Assembly: GCA_043228905.1 (NCBI GenBank)
Contig: JBHGNT010000020.1
Coordinates: 8,432,001-8,496,000, forward strand
Direction of reading: 5' to 3'
DNA: 64,000 nt
Source: Azolla caroliniana
Lineage: Eukaryota > Plantae > Polypodiophyta
Position numbers and translations under genes: made by a program. The notes beneath the pieces were generated by a model, which saw only the letters and a list, made by a program, of their open reading frames with translations, was not told where the DNA came from and did not search any database. Below are positions 57,601 through 64,000 of the stretch, in pieces; the stretch's first letter is position 1; each line of letters starts with the position of its first letter.

Positions 57601-57875
57601 CTCCACTACTATCAACTGACATGCACATTTAATGTTACACTTGGACCAAACAGAGAATATAATCCACTCTCTTACACAGTGGTGTATTGGTTATCAGTCC
57701 CCATTAATTTTGTAGTGAGCTGGTCCAGGTCCCATCTAAGCTCTAAGGTGTGAGCGCATGGGTGAACTACCATTGTGAGCTACTCTCACGTGTAATAGAA
57801 GTTTTGTTTTCATATATCCATCTCTGTGGTTGTAACTCTATATAGCTATCTAATCGATTCTCAATATTTCTAACA
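54637..57875 (+). mobile_element. Copia F: 94-bp 5' LTR stub fused to degenerate IN-RT-RNaseH, PPT, 3' LTR 57239-57875
   Basis: 54637-54730 matches 57239-57332; DDFSRK, DQGGEF, YVDD, SRKSVSGY; PPT gagggg at ~57230. Confidence 0.85.
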
Positions 57876-58010
57876 CGTGTCGGGGTCCATCAACGTGATG
57901 ATTGATGAAGACTAAATGGTCCAGATCTGCCTCGGTGTTCTAGCACAACTGTACAGACCGACGATTTGCACTCGGGAGAAGCCACTGTCCTTCTTCGACC
58001 TGCAATCGAC
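57876..58010 (+). mobile_element. Copia E gag continuation
   Basis: Continues the gag sequence left off at 54636. Confidence 0.7.
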
Positions 58011-59488
58011 TGCTTTGGCTTCGTCTCCGGGTGGTGCTCTCGTCAGTTGGCTGTGCAGGGTCTGAAACCGAATGATGAATTGTGGCACAGTCTCGTTCTC
58101 TTCTTGCCGGGTGGTGTAGAACTGCCCGGCCAATTCCCTTTGCTCAACTTGTCTGTGAAAAAGCCTGAGGAATTTGGCCTTCAAGGCATCGAATGTGGCA
58201 AAGCTGCCCGGTAAGTGCTTTGCGTGCCATCGGGCCGCCGGTCCTTCTAAGGTCATGCCGAATTCGGCGACTTTGGATCGTTCGGCTTCGGGCTCCGTCA
58301 GTCTTTGGGAGACATGGTTGGCTTCCCATGTTTGGAGGAATGCGTACACGTGTGCCTCCGCGTCGGGCTCATCCCGGTACTTTGGGTATGGGTACGACAT
58401 CGTGTCGTCCAACTGACTCTCCTGCCTTCTCCGCTCTCTGTCCGCTGTTGGCGTCGGTGTGAGAACCTTTGGTTCCTCCGCGGTTGGTGCCGGTATCCGC
58501 TCCTTCAGTTCCTCCGCGGGTGTTGCCGGTGTCCGGTCCTTTGGTTCCTCCGCGGGTGTTGTTGGTATCCGCTCCTTCGGTTCCTTCGCGGGTGTTGTCG
58601 GTATCCCGTCAGCCTCCCTCGGCGATTGCCAGTCACCGAACTCCAAGGTTATTTCTTCCTCTAGCTCCGATGTTACTGAGTCTTCCGACCACTCTTCCCC
58701 CCGGTCGTTTGGTGTGTCGTGGCTGCTTTTATACCGGGACGCAACGCTTCCGTCGCTTTCTGACTCCGCCTCAAGTGTTGCGAATGCTTCCGAGTCCCCG
58801 TCGCCCCCGGCGAGCGTCTGTAGTATCGTTTCCGCCTCTTGCAGGCTTGTTATGCTACTGCCTTCGTCGGGGACTTGCAGAACCCGGAACTGCAGTGCTT
58901 CTTCTGCGACTCTCCGAAGAGTTTTGGAGAATGACCGATCCCGCCGGATCTCGTCGACGGCTTGCTGCGGGGCTTCCCGTTGTTGCTCTCGTTCAGTGTA
59001 TCGTCTCCCTCGTTTGGTGATGTGGTCGTCGTTTGGTCTAGACATCCATCCCCCGGTTGTCCTCTGCACTTTGCAGGAATCGTGGTCGCCAAAATAGTGT
59101 TGTCGCCTGGCCGGACTAGCCTCAACATAGGTGTCTATCCGACACTTCTCCAAAGGGGTGGTAAGGATTGGATGCTAGGTTACACGCGTAAGATGATTAC
59201 AATTAAGCACATACGGTAAAACAATACAGAGATACAGATAAACACGCAATAATTCTATTTGTATTACTTCCGTCAAAAACCTTTACAAATCATCGGATCC
59301 TTTTATAGGCATCCGGCAAGGTTACAATCGGTGCGCTTAGGCAACCGGCATCCGAATCGGTCCGGATCCGGATCGGTACAACTGTACCGGATCCGTCCCT
59401 CCGAATAATAATTCTACTATTATTTACTTCCTATTATCCGATCCGACTCTGCCTTCCCACTTGTCCTTGCTCTTCTGACCGGTCAACA
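58009..59488 (-). mobile_element. Athila/Tat-like element G: 5' LTR 59098-59488, PBS, gag N-terminus, truncated
   Basis: TG..CA 391-bp LTR; tggcgaccacgattcc 6 nt from the LTR; gag homologous to B (DAEAHVYAFLQTWEANH). Confidence 0.88.
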
Positions 59489-59989
59489 TCTGCAAGGGTT
59501 TTTATAGATGATTTTGGCCATCAATAGTGCAAGGATGGGTCATCTAGAAACGTTGTGTGTGGATAATCTTTAGTATTTGATTTATGTATAATTTGACTAA
59601 GTCTATAATTTTAAGGGTATTAAATGTTTATCTTTGACTTCTACCTTCTAGAGTTATAACACTATTAAGTTTTAAAGTTTGATGTATTATATGTGATTAT
59701 ATTATAAAATTAGCATCTATGTCATTCTTGGCGTGGGCAACTATTTTTATCTTCTCCACAATTACGGTTCAAATGATTAAAGTTGCATATAATTCCATTC
59801 CGTTAATTTAGAATTTCACCAAAAACATGACATATGAAATATAAGGCTATTGATTTTCTTGACATAAAGTTATTTAGTTGAAATTTTTGCTATGTTTTAA
59901 GGAACCATGTACGCATGCGTGGTACCTTTTTGAAATTCTGCTAAAATAAGGCATATTTTAACATCTCCTCAAGATGTGAAAAAGAGAAT

Positions 59990-60270
59990 GCGACATATTA
60001 CCTGTTTCAAATGTCCCGGTGTTTTAAGCCTTCTTGTCGGCCGGGTAACACATGGCACACCCGTGGGACAATACCTTGTACGTCGAACCCATTATCCGGC
60101 CCTGTTACGCTTCGTCCAAAATGTCCAGAATGCTTCGCTCCAGAATTTCCAATGGCTCGTCGAGAATCTGTTGTTGCTGTTGTGGTTGTTGTTCCGTTTG
60201 TGTCTCTGGCTGCTCCGTTTGTGCCTTCTCCGTTTGGGGTTGCGGCTCCGTTTGTCGTTCTGGCACCGGC
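59990..60270 (-). mobile_element. Athila/Tat-like fragment J: end of extra ORF, tRNA-like site (60053-60091), start of 3' LTR
   Basis: Homologous to 23130-23290; EILERSILDILDEA*; LTR begins TGTTACCCGGCCGACAAG at 60050. Confidence 0.8.
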
Positions 60271-63200
60271 TGTCATGAACAGTACTGAGACAGAGAAGGA
60301 ATTAGTACTAAACGAAGGATTAGTACTATGAGAGGTGTGGAACTTCTTCGAGAGAAGGAAGAAGTTAGCGAGACAGAGAGAAAGAGAGAGATTGAGAGAG
60401 AGAGAGAGAGAGAGAGAGTGATGATAAGAAAGATATGTATTATATGAAGAGAATATACAATGGTGGCCAAAAGGCTTAAGACTGGCGTTGAACCAATTTG
60501 GTTCAACATAATGCCTAGTGCCCTCTTTTATAGTGTTTTCAGGAGTAATCCTGAAGCTTCTAGAATGTTCTAGAGAAATCTGGAATATACACTAATTTCC
60601 TATAATAATATGTGAATGAAAATAATATCCTACGTATTATAATGGATGATCTAATGGTCAAGAGCTCGACCCATATAACCTAAGGTCATGGGTTCGAGTC
60701 TTGCCATATCATGACACTATCCCCCTTTTAAAACGACGAGTGTCACGAGTCGTCTTGGATTGAGAACCTGGTTTGTGTGGATATTGACGATGGAAGTCTT
60801 CAAGAAGAGCACGAGCATTGGTCACATTCTCGATCGGTTCCCAAGTACATTCGTTGGGGCTATAGCCTAGCCAATCGACTAGATAGTAGAGCTTGTTGCG
60901 AACAATCTTGGAATCAAGGATGGCGGCAACCTCGTACTTCGGCCCATCTTCAAACTCGATCGGGGGTGGAGGTTGGATAAGACGTCCTGGGATGGTGCTC
61001 TTGTGGTAGGGTTCGAGGAGAGAACTATGAAACACCGGATGTATCCGAAGTTGAGGAGGTAGATCGAGACGAAAAACGACATCATTAATATGTCCAATAA
61101 TACGGAAAGGACCTAATCGCCGATAATCTAACTTCTCACATGGACAAGTAGTCTTGATGTGTCGTCGTAGCAGCCACACCCGATCTCCAATATTAAAACT
61201 GGATGGAAGTCGATGACGATCCGCGTAGACCTTGTGTGTTTGTTGAGCTTGCTGGAGATGAGTAGATAAATCCGCTTGTATCTTGCGTAACTGCTCCAAA
61301 CGATCCTCCGCGCACGGATTTGTGGACACCTCTGGGGTTTCAAGTACACTCCACCGGGGGTGACATCCCGTATAAGCATAAAATGGCGTAACTTTAGTGG
61401 ATGCGTGGATAGAGTTGTTATAGGCAAATTTGGCGAAGTGGAGAATATCTGCCCAGTCATCTTGATGATAACTGAGAAAGCACCGCAGATATTGCTCCAA
61501 CGTTTGATTTGTTCGTTCAGCTTGGCCGTCGGTTTGTGGGTGGTAGCCGAAGGAGAGGTTACAAGTGACCTTGAGCATGTTAAAAATTTGCTTCCAGAAT
61601 TTTGACACGAACTGGGGTCCACGGTCGTTGATGATACTATCGGGAAGTCCATGATGCCGACATACTTCACGCATGACAATTTCGGCAGTGTCTTCACTGG
61701 AGATCTCCTTAGTACATGGCAAGAAATGAGCCATCTTCGTATATCGATCGACCACCGTTAGAATCACATTGAACCCCTTAGAGACTGGAAGATCTGTGAT
61801 GAAGTCTAGAGCAATGGATTGCCACGGCTTGCTTGGAATTGGTAATGGTTCTAATAAACCATATGGATGATGCCTTGGCATTTTCGCTCTGCAACATGTA
61901 TCACAAGTCTGAACAAAATCCTCGACAAATTGTCGCATACAAGGCCACAAAAATATTCGTTGTACTAAATGTAATGTTTTAGTACTACCAAAATGCCCAA
62001 CTGTATATGTGTCATGACAGTTTTGTACTACTCGAAGGCGGCAAGAACCATTAGGAACATACAAAAGTTCTTTAAAGAAGAGTAATCCATCATGGTATTT
62101 GAATTGCCGATAGTCCGTACCTGATGGTTGTGACTGTGAACACGACGCTCGAGAGGGATCAATTTGTGCTAGTATAGCTTGGGCGAACGCAACTGTCTTC
62201 GAGTCTTCACATATGGTATCGATAACGTAGGAATCCATAGGCATGTCAAAGATCTGTGTTGCTTGTAGTCGTGCCGGTCCCAAGATGACTTGTTTTTGGT
62301 TATCGAAAGTTGGCTCACTGGGACGGGGTGCTAGATACGAACGCTGTGATAATGCATCTGCCTTCCCTTGGTGCCTCCTCGGACGATATGAATTTTGAAG
62401 TCGAAACGCGTGAGGAAGTGGGCCCACCGAGCTTGACGTCGATTCAACACACGAGCATCCTGAAAGTAGGCAAGATTCTTGTGGTCACTAAATACGGTGA
62501 CTGGATGAGAGGATCCCTCCAGAAAATGCCTCCATTGCATAAAAGAATGCACTATTGCCAATAGCTCCTTATCATGAATTTCGTAGTTGATTTCGGCGGC
62601 GTCAAACTTGCGTGAGTGAAAAGCCACAGGATGTAGCTTCTCATCATTCCCATGTTGTGATAGAATGCTCCCCAATGCAAAATCCGATGCGTCAACTTCG
62701 ATAATGAATGGTTTTTCCGTATCGACATGAGCTAGAATTGGAGCCGATGTAAATGCCTTTTTAAGAATCTCGAAAGCCATGTCCATTTCTTTAGACTAGA
62801 TGAACGGTTGTCCCTTCTTGGTAAGTTATGTGAGAGGTAGAACGATCTTTGAGTAATCTTGTATGAACTTCCGGTAAAAATTGGCAAAGCCTAAGAAGCA
62901 TTGCACATCCCGCACCGAACGTGGAGTCTGCCATTCTACCACCGTTTTGACCTTAGCTGGGTCCATGGAGATGCCTTCTGACGAAATGATGTAGCCGAGA
63001 AATTCCACTTGGTTGCACCCGAAACTACATTTTTCCAGCTTTGCATACAGACCATGTTCTCGAAGTCATTTTAGTACTAATAGTACATGAGAATCATGTT
63101 CTTCTTGGGTCTTTGAATAAACCAGTAGATCATCCAAATAGATGATCAAACAATCATCCAATAGATCTCGGAATATATCATTAGCCATGTGTTGGAAGAC

Positions 63201-64000
63201 TGTCGGCGCATTAGTGAGGCCGAACGACATGACCGTATACTCGAAGCGCCCATATCTGGTGCGAAACGCGGTCTTCCATTCGTCTCCTGGTCGGATCCAT
63301 ACGAGGTTATATGCTCCCCGTAAGTCGATCTTCGTGAAGAACCTGGCACCATTGATCCATTCTAAAAGACTTGAGAAAAGGGGAAGAGCATACCTATTCC
63401 TGATTGTAACCTTATTCAAGCTACGGTAATCTACAACGAGACGAAGCGATCCATCTTTTTTTTTACGAAGAAAATGGGCGCGCCAGCTGGAGATTTCGAA
63501 GGCCGAATGAAACCATTTTCCAAATTCTCCTCTATATAGGCCCGAAGGACTTCTAGCTCGGTTGGTGACAAATTCTAGATCGGTCCCCATGGCGGCTCTT
63601 TTCCCGGTTGTAAATCGATGGGGCAATCGTACGGTTGATGATGAGGAAGTGTGTTGGCTTGTACTTTATCAAACACATCGGGAAGTTGAACGGTGGATTC
63701 TTCTTTAATGGTGCTGGAGGGGTTTACTGATATTGCAAAGAGGAACATTTCCTCCTTGCGCCCTTCTTTACGCAACTGACGTAGCGAAATGGTTGCCATC
63801 TTCTGAGTTGACCCTTGGGTTTGTCGACACCGGATTTCTCTTATTCTCCAATCTATGTCTGGGTTATGTAACTCGAACCACGGTAATCCTAAAACTATAG
63901 GATGTTCTGGGATACTGATAATATTAAATGATATTACACATGCTAAGTTATCTAGGACAATATTAATGGGCTCTGACTCTTCTATGATATTTCCGGAAAC
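60271..64000 (-). mobile_element. Tcn1-like chromovirus I (relative of H): 3' LTR 60271-60716, degenerate pol, runs off the window
   Basis: LTR homologous to H; PPT aaaagggggatag; RT YLDD, RNase H, IN and chromodomain with frameshifts and stops. Confidence 0.92.

Noticed and set aside
57912-59153. 413-aa ORF as a real gene
   Set aside because: Chimeric: it starts in the G LTR, covers truncated gag and ends in antisense Copia E sequence.
59489-59990. AT-rich interval as a DNA-transposon end
   Set aside because: No terminal inverted repeat, TSD or convincing coding similarity; left unassigned.

Overview
Eukaryotic, land-plant-type DNA, probably a fern or other non-seed plant (inferred from the Tcn1-like chromoviruses). 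Bases 1-4606 hold the last 7 exons of a cellulose-synthase-like (CslB/E/G-type GT2) gene whose QxxRW motif reads TRKRW. The remaining ~59 kb is a nest of about 14 LTR retrotransposons or fragments. Athila/Tat-like non-chromovirus Ty3/Gypsy: A, B, B', C, G, J. Chromoviruses: H, I (Tcn1-like) and K. Ty1/Copia: L, M, M', D, E, F. Elements B, C, D and H have both LTRs and a 5-bp TSD. The most unusual signal: in all three Athila/Tat-like elements whose 3' end is visible (B, C, J) there is no polypurine tract. Instead a sense copy of a tRNA-Arg-like 3' end (GGGTTCG-[covarying hairpin]-CCCAC...GTGCCA) ends exactly 2 nt before the 3' LTR, forming a second, antisense primer-binding site. This suggests plus-strand synthesis primed by a tRNA or tRNA mimic. 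The same elements carry a conserved ~800-890 aa non-env extra ORF. The young intact chromovirus H shows a Tf1-like self-priming site, a perfect heat-shock element, a tRNA-like terminal hairpin and a G_UUA_AAC -1 frameshift signal. All alignments were done by eye; no searches were run.
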